Below, piece by piece: positions 41,329 through 55,411 of a stretch of DNA of 64,000 bases; the stretch's first letter is position 1; every line of letters starts with the position of its first letter. Origin of the DNA: Gnetum montanum. Taxonomy: Eukaryota > Plantae > Gnetophyta. The DNA lies in contig MNCI01001919.1 in the NCBI GenBank assembly GCA_015680685.1, forward strand, positions 628,416 to 692,415, in the 5' to 3' direction. The position numbers and the translations under genes were made by a program. Below the pieces are notes generated by a model that was given only the letters and a program-made list of their open reading frames with translations, was not told where the DNA came from and made no database searches.

Positions 41329-42704
41329 TGTTGACCTTTTGGTATGTCCAAAGCTTAGAGAAAATGGATAATGTCGAATGTATATGTGTGATTTTGATCT
41401 TGTAGGACCATAAAAGAGTTAATGAGTAAAGGATCTCAAATTAAGAGATTAGACTTCAATAATGTGAGCTATCATGATGAAATGAAGACTAAAAATGACA
41501 AAATAAGAATGTGGGTGTTAACAGAGTCTACAAGCCAAAACAAGATGTTTTGAGGGCTATTGAGAATTTCAAGGATCAAAGAAATGATGCATATCTCAAA
41601 ATGTTTTTGGAAAGTAGAAATCTCTCTAAAATATCATATGTCTATCTCATACTATAGATGTTTATAAGAAGACATCTCACAATAGACGTCTACACCTATA
41701 AGAAGATGTCTCTCCTACATTAGAGTTGTTCACAATTAGATTTCTAAACTTCGAAGTAGATGTCTATATTAGCCATTTGATAGTTGTTGCATGAATTTTG
41801 AGGAGTTTTTAAAAGCTCTAAGGCTATAACACAAAGTGAAAACCCTGAGAATTATGCAAGCACTATTCATTAAAAGATTCATCATTTGCTACTCTAAGAG
41901 AATTTATCTTTGCTCTTCATTGTATCATCATTTGCTTGCATTGATCATGTTAAGTTTCAAGTGCAAGGATTTGTAAATCAAGTTATGCTCTTTCCTTATT
42001 CCTTTTCTTTATTTCTTGTAGCCTTGAGGGGTTGATGTGCTTCTTACAAAAAGACATCTTTGTTGAGCTTGTTGAGACCCTCCATGATTGAGTGATTTTG
42101 TGATGACAAAACACTATGATGAGAAGCTCACTTTTGTAAAGGTTATGGGATCCTCTCTGCCAAGATCTTGCAAGGTTAAGTAGCTTTGCAACAAAGAAAC
42201 CCTCTAGTGTAGAGCTCAAAGCTTGTATAGGGTATAATGTCCTTCAAATCACATTTTGAAGAAATAAAGTCTGGAGATGTGCATAGATTCTCCCCTTCAA
42301 GTGTGAACATACCCAAGTTAGTGAACCACATAAAATTTGAGTTTTTTTGTGGATATAGTATTTGAAATTAGGGAACTCATTTAATCCTCCTTCTGAGTTC
42401 TTGATCCCTAAGTGGTATCAGAGCCTAGTACTCTCAAGTTCATGCTTCAAGTTTTAAGAGTAAACTATGGAGGAAAAATCTTATACTAATCCATTTATGT
42501 TAAATGGATTTGACTTTGCATATTGGAAAGCAAGGATGTAAGAATTTTTAAATCCATGGAATTTGAAATATGCAAGTTAATCCTTGTAGACTACACACTG
42601 CTTGTCGATAGTGGCACAAAGCCACTCAAGCCACAAAGCAAATGGACTTTCATAGAAAAAGATAAGTTCATGTATGACTCAAATGCCAAAAATTGCTTAT
42701 ATTG

Positions 42705-44900
42705 TGTAACTAAACACTTCTTCTTGAGTTTCTGCATTAATGATTATAACAGTCTTTCTGTGTGTTTGTATGCATATTTTGTTGACAAGTTGTGTGTGTG
42801 CTTTGTTTGGACTATGGTGAAAATGGCTAATTGGAATAGCAATAAATTTCTTGACCATATTTTTATATGTATTATTATTAAATGTTTAAATGCTTTATGC
42901 ATAATAAATATGATTTAAAATGGATGCTAGGAATGTTTTAAAATAATAATAATAAATAATATATGGAAAAATAAAATATTTTTTATTCTATTTCAATAGA
43001 GATGCTAAGAAAAAAAAAAGAAAAATAGAGGACAATATTCTAAGGTGTGCCTCAAGAGCTAAAATAGGTATGTTGAGATGCAAAAGAATGCTCATATTAA
43101 GGAACTTGGCCTATGAACCAAGTTGGATGAACTTGACCCATGAATTAATGATATTATGTGCAAATACCATAGCTTTATATTTTCTCCATGGCTATAGAAA
43201 GATCACATGATGATCTTTCAAGGCTCATAAGATGATGGGAAAATTCACATCACTGATGACCTAAAAAAGAAGGTGTCTTATTTGATTATGTATCCTAAAC
43301 TACCCTTATCATGAATCTATTTTAAAAACTTTTTCCTTGCATCTTATGGCAATTCTGAATAATAAAGAGATAGATATTATGTTGGAATTTTTTTGTAATT
43401 ATCAAGAGGAACTAACCTAAGATCTAGCAAAATCTAAATTTTGAAATATCAAAAAAAAATTATATAGGAAATGAACTTACAACTTGTGAATATACATATA
43501 TTATTCATTTTTTTTTAGTGATCATGAAGAGAATTGAACTCATGACTCATTGTTAAAAAGAAAGAGAGAGAGAAAAAAATTAAAAAGAAAAAAGAAAACA
43601 AATAGTTCCCAAGATGTCAATTACAATAAATCATCCATCATCCCTTATTCCACATACAAATAGGAAGAGGAGGAGAAGAAAAAAATACACAAGGCAAAAG
43701 TAGCTGAGTAGGACAAAAAAAAAGGGATATAGCAACAGGAAGTATGGCTAGGAATAAGAGAAGACTATGGTTGCTACAAGAGATAGCAAGAAGAAAGAAA
43801 ACAAGTGCTACATAGCAATCCAATATTCTAATAATTCCTCCTAGTAAGAAAGATATCTAAGAAAGGAGGTAAAATGATCCATTTCTCTTATGTTTAATAA
43901 TGGCCAACAAGGGTTGATTTTTTCAAGCTTCTCTCTTATTGCTTGCCTAACCAACTTCATAATGCTTATATGAAATTATCAAGATTGTTGTTGTAAACTT
44001 AGATTGTTGAAACCTTTATTAATTTTTTTAGATCTCTCCACCTATCCTCTGCACTCTCACACCTAAATGACTTGGATGAGAGTTGTTTCTGTAATCATTC
44101 AAAAACACCCATAATGATTTGTCGCATTTTTAGCAAAAGATTACCAATAGGGGCCAAGGATCCCTAATATGAGGATTGGTACTACCAATAGAAAGTGAGA
44201 GTATTCTTGGGCCCATGGATAATTGTGAATGTTTTAAAATTGTTGAATTCTTAGGTTTTGGTTGTAATTTGGTTGATGAACCCTCCCCCTTTGAATGCAT
44301 AAATCTTGGATCTGAATCTTGAATTATACCTTTTTTTCCTATACCTTCTCAAGTTTAATTTTGATATCTTTTTATAAGTTTATGGAGTGTGGGAAACCCT
44401 AGGATGTTAATTTATGGTTGTGATCTATCTATTCTTTGCTATTGAACATATGAATTTCCTGATTAAATGATTAATGTTAAAATGGTTACAAGAGTTAAAT
44501 TCCAATGATCTTGTTTTGTGTGTTGTTGAAAATTGGAGATTATTAATTTATTTCCTTTTGTGGTCATTTCTTTGGTTTAAAAATATGTAAATGATCCTAA
44601 TTAGATATTTACTTTTAGGTTGAATAAAAAAATTTTGATTTTTTTAATTTGATGAATCTTGCACAAATATTTTACTATGGCTATTTCTTTTTAAAATTAT
44701 CTCTTAATTGTTAAAATTAATATTGATTGATCTGTTTTAGAGCTAGATCTAGGCATTGTTGATTTCACTTAAATTTTATAGGTTAACGTTAGTATTATTG
44801 TTGTAGAAAGAAAGCCACTTGTGCATTTTCTTCTTTCAACTAGCTTTCTTTCTAGGAGGCTTCATGTATTAGCTCTTGATCCCTATGAATGGGTATTACA
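42705..44900. mobile_element. 2.2-kb solo LTR (TGTAAC...ATTACA; possibly Tekay/Del-like) inserted in the gag of element B
   Basis: Perfect TSD TATTG/TATTG; TGTAA/TTACA inverted ends; no coding domains. gag resumes in register (NCLYC ELNKSNFNRI). Confidence 0.85.
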
Positions 44901-47607
44901 TATTGTGAATTGAATAAATCTAACTTTAATAGAATAGCTAGGTGTAAAACCTCTAAGAAAATTTGAGAAACCTTAGAGGCAACTTATGAGGGCATGTCTA
45001 TACTTAAACAATCAAAACTTTTAGTATTGCAAAGTAAATATGACAAGATTAAGGATTACTTCTTTAGAGAAAACTATCTTGTCATAGCAATTAGAGGGAT
45101 GGGCAAGGACTCACTAGAAAGTGATATAATTATAAAAATTAAAAGAACTTTATAGCCCAAATTTACATCAAAGGTCACTACCATGGAAGAAATTAGAGAC
45201 TTTGGAGATAAATCTCACAAGTGAAGGAGCTATAAAAGAAAAGTTCATCACCCTAAAATCTACATCAAAGGAGAAGAAGTTGGTTGAACAAGAAACAAAT
45301 AGTGAAGATGAAATAACTCTTCTATCAAGAAGAGTTCAAATACTTCTCACAAGAAAAGGAAGAAGCTTTAATCAACAAGCCCCCAATCAATCCAAAGGTA
45401 AATAAAAAGGTAAAAATTTTACAAATTCAAATTTTCATGCATTTTCCATAGAATTTTGGGTATGTGGTGAAAGAGGGCATGTGGCCTCCAAATGTTCTTT
45501 TACTGGTAGGTTACAATGGAAAGATAAAAATGAAGCTAATTCTAAAAAGACAAACTTCTACACCAATTGGGATGATGGAGAACAAAGTAAGAAAGAGATA
45601 GGTAACACTACAAAGGACTCACATCTCATATGCATGGCCCTCATAAATGAAAACTCTATAGAAGTCTTTGATGAATTAAGGGATAAACATGATGAAAGGT
45701 ATAGTGAGTTACGTAAGGATGTTTTTATCTTACATTATCTACTTAAAAGATAAAGAAAAATATGCATAGAAAAATATCTAAAATTTATACTTTATCATCT
45801 AATCTAAAAAGGAAACTCTCAAATGTAAAAGCTGAGATTCAATTACTAACCCATTTTGATGAGCAAAAATGTAGGAATACATATGAAGAAAGGATCAGCC
45901 AAAATGAGGGGAAATCTCAAAATCAACATAAAAGTGCAATCTTAGAAGAAATCTCTCAAAAGAATGCTTGTATCAATTCAATTTAAAACAAGATCAGGTT
46001 TGATAATCTCATTCAAATTAGAGATACCTTATATTTTTATTGTAAAAAATGTGATCATGAATAATATAATTATTATCCTCATATAGAACAAAATAACATA
46101 AATACTTGTTAGGACCAAGAACATAGAAGGGTGGGATGAATAAGTTCCCAAAATCAAGATTGAACAACCACAAAAACCATGCCCAAATTTTATGTGGTTC
46201 CCCAACTTGGGTACATCCACACTCGAAGGGTAGAATCCTTGTAAACCTTCAAACATTGTTTCTCAAAGAGTGATTTTAATGGCATCATACCCTATACAAG
46301 CACTGAGCTCTACACCAGAGTGTTTCAGTTTTGTGAAACCACTAAACCTTACAAGGTCCCAATAAGCTAATTATGTGGTTTCAAGGATTCCACAACCTTT
46401 ATAAATTGAGCTCTACTCTAGAGTGTTTGACACTACACAAACACTCAATCCTGCAAGATCTTGACAAGCTCAATGATGATGCCTTCTCATAAGAAGCACA
46501 TCAACCCTATAGGACTATAAGAGAGAGAAACAAAAACACAAGGAAAGAGTGTAACTTAAATTATAGGTCCTTGTACTTTGAAGCACATTTCTATAAATAA
46601 TCAAACAAGTGATATAACAAATAAAGTACACAAGTACAATACAACATAATAGACAATGATGGCTTAGATGTTGACAATTCTTACTCAATACTTTTACAAT
46701 ACGCAAGATATTGAAGTCATCTTATAGCCTTGGAGTTTTTGAAAACACCTCAAAATTCATGTAATTACTATCTAATGGCTAGTGTAGATGTCTCCTTTGA
46801 GATTGGGCCACCTCTCTAAAATTAACTTCAATTTTGGGAAGACATCTTCTCCAAAAGTGTAACATATTTATGGAGAAAGCTCTTCTACAATGTAGACATC
46901 CCTTGAAAATAGTAGACATCTCCTCCAATCTTACACTTTATCTTCTAAAACTTCATCTTGTTAATTTTTCTTCTTCCTACTCCTTGAAGCATCTTCATTT
47001 GACTCATAGCCTTCATTTTTATCCATGCTTGTTTGAGCTCTCATGTTTCCCATGAAGTCTCCACTTTGACATCTCTTTGTAGATCTCATTTCAGTTCTCA
47101 TTCATGCCTTACAAAATCATCACATTTCACAACGTTCTAGGCTCTCCATTTTTCTTAGGATTTTTCCCTACTAAAAGATCAACAATCTCACCCTTTTTGG
47201 TGATGTCAAAAACTTAAGAAAATGGATGAGTTAATAAACAAATTAAATAACAATAACAAATAAAAATATTAAGACATATAAATTCCAGTGGTAGCTAGGG
47301 TTATAACTAAGATAAAGTCTTTATAGCTCAAGTCACAGGGTAGAGATCATATGAAACACATAAAATTATCTCCATAATAAACTAAAAAAACACATAATGA
47401 TGTAGAAGCATCTATTCATAGCATAATTTTTCCACAATACATACAACTATTAATATATTCTCATCATGTACAAAAATCACATATGTGCTATTCCACAACA
47501 AAAAGCACATATTTTTACATCATCAAACTATTCATAAACCATCAAATTCCATCAAAAACTCTTTCCCTTTTTGGACATCAACAAAAAGGAGGGATGAGGT
47601 AAGGACT

Positions 47608-49218
47608 CTATTCACTAACCTCTGTGGCATCTTTAAAGTCTTCATCTAAAGTAGTTGCAACATGAGAAGGCCTATAGGTGTCCTCATCATCATCATCGCT
47701 AATAGTACTAGCACTGGACATGTGCTACTCAACATCATCATTTGAAGAAGGCATCTAGACAAGAGCTCTCCATGGATGAAGCTTCACTTGAAATTGAGAT
47801 GAAGCTGGTGGATTTGACTATGATGGATCTTGTTGAGAGGATGAGGAAGTTCCCTTTCTCTAATAGATGATGGCATCAATAGGCCTTAATTATGACAAAG
47901 TTCCATTGATGCTCTCCATGGCCTGCTACTCAAATGATCTAGGAGCATCATTCTGATGATGAGAATTGGATCCTGGCTACATGGAATCAAGATGCTTCTC
48001 CTAGACACATGTTGATGGTGCAATAAGCTCCTCTAAATTAGACTCATTTCTTGAGTCATAAGCTAGGGAAGCTCTAGCTATGACTGAATGTCTCAATGGA
48101 GCAAGAAGGTCCACCTCGTTGTCTAAAATGGGAGGAGTGGTGATCTCCTCAAACTACTTCCCATCATGAGAAAGAGGTACTTCAACTACATCCATTCTCT
48201 TACGTAGGTAAGAGAGATTCCTATCAATCATTCTCAAGGTACAAGCAAATGGCTGAAGTAGCTTCATTAGGAAATATCTCACCTATCACTAATAGATTTC
48301 AACCTTCTCAACTAAGGAGAGGCTTGGGATGGTGATGTCAACCTCTTTTTCTAGGACTAAGGTTACCTAATGCTAGGTCTTACTTCATCAGCATTAGAGA
48401 ATCTCCTCTTCTCTGCATACTCACCAAGGCTTTTCTCACCTTTGATCAAAGGCATTTCTAGAATGGGCATACCTCTTTGATGAATCAACAAACTAATAAG
48501 GTGAGGATGTCCAAAATTTCTCTCTTTGGAGAACATTTTTAATATGTCATGGTAGACAATATGACCCAAGTCCAATGGTTATCCTACAAGAAGGCAGTAG
48601 AGAATAAAATCTTATGCTAGCAGTAAATAGTTATAGCTTTCCCCTTTTACAATAATGTTATACAAGATAATATGTGATAGAGTGGAAGCATATGTAGACA
48701 TTTTATTTCTATAAATTATCCTCGTACCAAGAGACACAAACTCTCTAAACAATGCAACACAAAATTTATCATGGGTAATGGGAATTACACCATTCATAAA
48801 AATATCATTCATGGAATGAATGGAAACGTAGAAGACATCAACACTAGAGATCCCAAGAAGTGCATTGACCACTCGGGGGAGACACATCAATCATCAAAAC
48901 CTCAACCATGGTAGTAAATGCACCAACAACAACATTTGCAATAACAATGTTACAATAAAATTCTTGAATAAGAACTTTAAGAACATAAAAATCCATGAAA
49001 ATGAATATACCTAGATTCAACAATTGAACTTGTTGCCTATGCTAAGGGAAGAACAAAGAATGCTAAAAAAGGATGGAAATAGTTTGAGTTACCTCAAACT
49101 GGTGTTTGACATTAATGAACCTAAACTATGGATTTTATGTGCCTAGATCACTGGTGAATGCTCCCCTTAACCTCTTCTTTGGTAGTGCCATTGATGTTGC
49201 AACCTTGTTGTGGGCCAT
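47608..49218 (-). pseudogene. Accessory ('env-like') ORF of SIRE-like element C, disrupted
   Basis: Basic N-terminus (ALPKKRLRG), then LSHIILYNIIVKG, LDLGHIVYHDIL and FGHPHLISLLI, and a Ser/Asp-rich tail. The N-terminus is homologous to 58526-58841. Confidence 0.75.
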
Positions 49219-49299
49219 GGATGCTCAAATCGCTATCGATGGTAGGTCCTTGATTATTCTCCCTAGTTGTCTCATTGAAAATAAGTCAAAAAGAAGGGT

Positions 49300-49540
49300 T
49301 TGGATTTTTATAACCACACCAAAAAAGGATTTTTTAAAAAAAGTAGACATCTCCTTTGAAAGATAGATGTCTCCTCTGCACCAAAAACTATAGGTAGACA
49401 TCTCTTTTAAAAATTATATGTCTCTACTACATCAAGGGAAAACTCAAGTAGACATCTTTGTTCAAGAGTAGACATCTCTATGTAGATATCTCCTTTTGAA
49501 AGTAGAAATCTATTGGAAGACATCTCCTAGTAGATGTCTT
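49300..49540 (-). promoter_or_regulatory. Internal AGAC(A/G)TCT / AGATGTCT array + TATA-like site upstream of the accessory ORF of element C
   Basis: About eight motif copies at 49343-49540, the same motif as in the family LTR U3. TTATAAAA on the minus strand at ~49305. Equivalent array in element D at 58990-59175. Confidence 0.65.
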
Positions 49541-52500
49541 AGTAGGATGGGGTTTTGTAAGACAAAGCATAGGGATGGCTACCAAGGATTATAGTCTTCA
49601 AAGATACTTATAATGAATTAAAAACTTACCTCTACTTACCCTCCTTGTTGACAAAAATGAAGGTGCCTAGTTAGCTTGAGAATAAGATTCCTCTTTTGAG
49701 GTTTCTATTCTCACAAAAACTTCTTCAATTTCCAAAAATTGACTCCCTTTCACAAAGTTTTTGGAGAGATTCTTCTTATTATCATGTTCCTTTCTTTTCA
49801 TTCTCCATTCTTTCTTAACTTCCTTGTCCTTCTGAGTTATCCTCCATTCCTTTTTACCCTATAAGATTTCCTTGCTAGGTGCATTTGGATAAGACCAAGG
49901 AGTCTTAAGATATGACCAAGTGTTCATGTGATAATATTTTAAATTGCAATCCCACGGCTTATGCCAAAATTTATTACAATAATAATATCTAACCTTCCTA
50001 TAGTTGTTAAAGTAATCAAACCTTAGAGCTGATCTTAGTTGAAATATAGTGCTCTATGATTCTTCATTCTTTGGAGAAGCCTTTTGTTGAGATGAAGTTT
50101 GTGTAGATGTTTCTTCTTATGTACAACATCCCAGCCCACTCTTGCCATGTGGACTTCTTCCTTATTCAAGAACCATCTATAGTAATTCTTTTCCTTTGAC
50201 CACACTTTTGTTTACAAGTTTGGCATCTACAAGTTCTTTCCTAATCTACTCATAGGGCTTGGTTAGCCCTTTATTCTCAGCCCTAAGGTCTAAGATTTCT
50301 TTTGTGAGGTCTTAAATTTTTAACTTTAATGAATAAATGTCTTGATCCTTGATTTTTACTTGTTTATTCATCTTTGTGTAAAGATTTTGAAAAGATAAAA
50401 GTTCATTACATAAAATTTCATATCCTTCTTTATCATTTTCAAATTCATCATCTGAGGTGCTAGCATCATCATTTGTGAGGGCCATATCAATGAGATATGA
50501 ATCTTTGGTGATCTCATCCACTTCTTCTTCACTTTGTTCTCCATCATCCCAACTAGTGTAGAAGTTGGTCTTTTTCATTTCCATCTCACTTCTATCCATT
50601 TGTTGCAACCTATCATTACTAGGATATCTGAAGGCCACATGGCCTCTTCCATTATAAACCTAACATTCTATTGAAGAATAATTAAAATTAGAACTTGAAA
50701 AATTTTTAACTCCTTCATTACCTTTAAATTGATTGGTCATTATTTATTGGAGCTCTTACTTCTTTTTTCCATAAGCCTTTGCACCTGTCTTAATAGAAGT
50801 GCTATTTCTTCTTCACTGCTCCCATCTTGTTCAATAGGTTATTTTTCCTTGGAGATGGATTTTAGGACAATGGGATTTTCTTTTATTTCCCCTTCACTTA
50901 TGAGGTTCATTTCATAAGCAATAAGAGCACTTTGGAGCTCTTCAAATTTTGAAATTGAAAAATCTCTAATTTCCTTCCTAGTTGTAACCTTAGGTCTAAA
51001 TTCCAGTTGTAGAGTCCTAATCATTTTTATTATTACATCACATTCAGAAAAGTCTTTGCCTATGCCCCTAAGTGCCACAACAAGATCATTTTTCCTAGAG
51101 AAATAATCTTTTATCTTTTCTCCTTCTCTCATTCTAAGCTTATCATACTCACTTTGCAAAACTAAAAGTTTAGATTGCTTAACTATCGATGTTTCCTCAT
51201 AGGTAGCTTCTAAAGTATCACAAATTTTCATTGGTAGTTTTATATCCAACTATTCTATTAAATTCAAATTTATTCAATCAACAATAAAAAAATTTTGCTT
51301 TAGAATCATACATAAACTTGTCTCTCTCTTGTTGCATCAACTTATTTTGGGGCTTGAAGACCTATGTTGTGCTATCAACGGGTGGTGTGTAGCCTTCAAG
51401 GATGGACTTCCATACATCAAACTCCATAGACTCAAAGAAGCCTTGCATCTTCACCTTCCAATAGGAAAAGTCAAAACCATCAAAAATTAGTGTCTTTGTG
51501 TAAGATTTCCCCTCCATAGTTTACTCTTGAAATTTGATGTCAAATGAAAGAGTACCAAGTTCTGATACCACTTAAGAATCAAGAACTTAGAAATGGAGAG
51601 ATGAATAAGTTCCCCAAATCAAGATTGAATAGCCATAAAAGTCACACCCAAATTTTACATGGTTTCCCAACTTTGGTATGTCCCACTTAGAGGGGAGAAT
51701 CCTTGCATACCTCCAAACTTTGTTCCTCAAAAAGTGATTTGGATGGCACCACACCCTATACAAGCACTGAGCTCCACACTAAAGTGTTTCATCACTGTGA
51801 AACCACTCAATCCCACAAGATCTCAATAAGCTTAGTATGTGGTTTCAAGGATCCCACAACCTTTACAAATTGAGCTCTACTCTGAAGTGTTTTGACACTG
51901 CACAAACACTCAATCCCATAGGATCCCGACAAGCTCAATGATGATGCCTTCTCACAAGAAGCACATTAACCTTGTAGGGCTACAAGAGAGAGACAAAAAC
52001 ATGAGAATAGAGTGTAACTTAAATGACATGCCCTCTTACTTTGAAGCATAGTTCTACAAACAATCAAGTAAATGATATGACAAATAAAGTACACAAGTAC
52101 AATACAATAGAATAGACAATAATGGCTTTGATGTTGACAATTCTTGCTCAATACTTGCACAATATCCAAAAGATTGAAGTCTTCATATAGCCTTAGAATT
52201 TTCAAAATACCTTAGAATTGTGCAATAACTATCTAACAGCTCTTGTAGATGTCTCCTCCAATCTTGCAATTTCTCTTCTAAAACTTCATCTCAACAATTT
52301 ATCTTCTTTCCAATTCTTGAAGCATATTCATTTGACTCATAGACTTCATTTTTATCCATGCTTGTCCAAGCTCTCATCTTGCCCATGAAATCTCCACTTT
52401 GACATCTCTTTGTAGATCTCATTTCTTGAGTTCTTATTCATACACTGCAAAATAATCACATTCAACAACATTCTATGTTCTCCATTTTCCTTAAGGTTTT

Positions 52501-55411
52501 TCATACCAAAAGGTCAACAATGTGAACTTATCAAAAGAAATCTAGTAAGTGTATCTTGTAGGGTATAATAGCTTGCAAAATAGATGAGCAAGAAGGTGGA
52601 GAAACCACTAAAAGATTAGAGGAATTAAGACCAATAACTATTTATGCTGAAAATTTTTTTCTTAAGATACTACTAACATGATACTTTGGTTTCCATACTT
52701 GATCTTGGTAATGCATTGCAAATATTTATTAATGAAAATATCTGTAAAGGCAAAGTGAGCCATAAATGGACATTCAAGTAATTGATGTATTACAAGAGCT
52801 AAGGATTTCTATAATTTTTTCCTATTGATTTTCTAGAAATAAGTTCTTTACTATAAGCATTAAAATGTTTATAATTTCCTTGAAAATTATTACTATTAGG
52901 AGACCTTAGTCTCCACATTAATTTTTTGTTTTTTTCTTTTTAAAAAATCTTAGGTAAATCAAGATTGTGATCAACTAGCATGAAGATTTTGAAAATCCTA
53001 AAATGTTTAAGGGAAGATTACCACTTTCTTTAAAATAGTCAAATTAAGAAGCTAGGTCACATATATAGGGGTGGTCTATAGAGATTCTTCTAAGACGTGA
53101 TACTTAAAGATAAGCCTTCAATCTTGAAGATAAGCCTTCAATCTCTACAATGCTTAAAATAAGCATCAAAAGGTAGATGCATATCAAGTAAAGTCTTGAA
53201 GGTAAAAGAGCAAGTTATTTTTTAAAATCTCTAAGAATAGTTTACCTAAGAGTAATCTTTGATTATGCAAGCTTCTAGAATCTATTTGAGCACTATGTTA
53301 AGATTGCATGTTGAGAATGTGCTTAAGTTTCTTATTGCTAATATGATCTAAACAGTCCTTAACTTAGATATCTCAAGCTCTACCAATGATACATTAAGTA
53401 AGAAAGGCACCCACGCTCTCTCTTACATCTAAGACACCCTTGAACATCAGTTGGTGAGATATTTTGAGACATACATGCCTATTGTTTTATGAACATCTTG
53501 ATTAGAGTTGCTTTGTTTAATTTTCTAATTTAGTTAACTTGGCAAGCTATGTTATTTTAAAGTTGATTGTAAATATTTACTCTCCTTGGCATGAAATTAC
53601 TATGTCTTATCTACTAAATATGGGAGAAGTGATAAATTTTATGAAGCTTTTGCATAAAGATTATATGATGTGTCTTGATGTTTATCTTTAACAGTCTTTT
53701 AACTAGTATTTTTTATATATATCTAGCATGATCCTTCTTTTGCATAGATATTTTTAATGTGAAGTGTTGAATGCTAACATTACCTTGCCTTATCTTTCGA
53801 ATGATCCAAAGAGGCAGACTTGTTGAAAGATGTCTCTTAAATTTCTTGCATAATAAATGTTGTGATTTAATTTTATAATGGTTGTTTTTAAGGTCCAATT
53901 CCATTTTTATGATGTCCAAAATGGGGAAGAATTTATGTGAATATTATGTGATTGTAAGGACATATGACATTTATGTGTAAGGTAGTTATAGCTATATGGT
54001 TACATAGTGATGCTTTCTATTTAGTAGATGGTATACATAGAAGATACACAACTTGTGCATATATATTAGAGATACAATAACTGATCTTTAGTGCTTAGCC
54101 TTTGATCCTAAATGGCTATATCATATATATCTTTGTGTTTAATGATTATGTATTGTACTTTATCAGTTTCACCTTAGCCTTTTGAAATCTTTGCTAAATA
54201 ATGCATACTCTTTAATAGCTACTCATCTCTGTATTACTGTTAACTTGAAATTTTGGGATCTAACCCATTTTCTTAAGTTTTGGACATCATCAAAAAGGGG
54301 GATATTATTACACTTTTGATATGTCAAAACCTTAGAGAAAATAAAGAATGTAGAATATATGTGTATTATTGTGATCTTGCAGGACCATAAAAGAGTTAAT
54401 TAGCAAAGGACCTCAAACTAAGAGACAAGGCTTCAAGAATGTGAACTACCATCATGAAATGAAGACTAAAAAGGAAAAAATAAGAATGTGGATATTAATA
54501 GAGTCTACAATCCAAATGAAGATGTCTTGAGGACTATCAAGAAGCCCATGGACTAAAGAAATCCTTCATATCTCAAAAGGTTTCAAGAAAGTAGACATCT
54601 CTCTAAAATAGCAGACATCTATTTGACATAGTATACATCTATCGAAAGACATCTCATAGTAGATGTTTACACCTATAAGCAAATGTCTCTCCTACATTGG
54701 AGCTATTCACATTTAGATGTCTAAACATCAAAGTTGCCATCTATACTAGTTGTTTGATAGTTGTTGCATGAATTCCAAGGAATTTTTGAAAACTCCAAGG
54801 CTACAATACAAAGTAACAATATTGGAAATTATGTAAGCACTGTTCATTAAAAGATTCATCATTGGATACTCTAAGAGAATTTTTCTTTGCTCTTTATTAT
54901 ATCATCATTTGCTACATTTATTGTGTTGAGCTTCAAGTGCAAGGATTTGTAAATCAAGTTATACTCTTTCCTTGTTCTTAGTCTTTCTTTCTTGTAGCCC
55001 TGAGGGGTTGATGTGCTTCTTGCAAGAAGACATCTTTTCTGAGCTTGTTAGGATCCTATGGGGTTGAGTGGTTTTGTGGTGATAAAACACTCTGATGCAT
55101 AGCTTACTTTTGTTAGAGATTGTGGTTTCCTTTAAACAATACTTTGAGCTTATTAGGACCTCACATTGTTGACTGGTTTTGCATTGATGAAATACTTTGA
55201 AGTAGAGCTCAAAGCTTGTATAGGATGTGGTGCCCTTCAAACTACATTTTGAAGACACAAAGTCCATAGGTTTGCATGGATTCTACCCTCCAAGTGTGGA
55301 CGTACCCAAGTTGGGGAACCATGTAAAATTTGAGTTTATTTTTGGTGCTTGCATCATTTTATATTAGGGAACTTATTTAACCCCCCTTCTAAGTTCTCGA
55401 TCCAAATAATG

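Larger units (their letters stand above)
46109..52519 (-). mobile_element. SIRE-like non-autonomous element C: LTRs 51573-52519 (5') and 46109-47184 (3'), gag ~49700-51517, accessory ORF, no pol
   Basis: Reverse-complement family LTRs; PBS TGGTATCAGAAC; PPTs at ~47186 and ~47560. gag TLEATYEET with two CCHC relics (..GHVAFRYP; YYCNKFWHKPWDC). TSD poorly conserved (ACTTG/ATGTG). Confidence 0.9.
41329..55406 (+). mobile_element. SIRE-like non-autonomous element B: LTRs 41329-42410 and 54306-55406, gag 42467-46020 (split), no pol
   Basis: Family LTR ends; intact PBS TGGTATCAGAGCC (42413-42425); two PPTs (~53917, ~54292). Internal region colinear with element A. Degenerate TSD AAATA/TAATG. Excision restores GLTNAPTTFMRLM. 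Confidence 0.9.
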
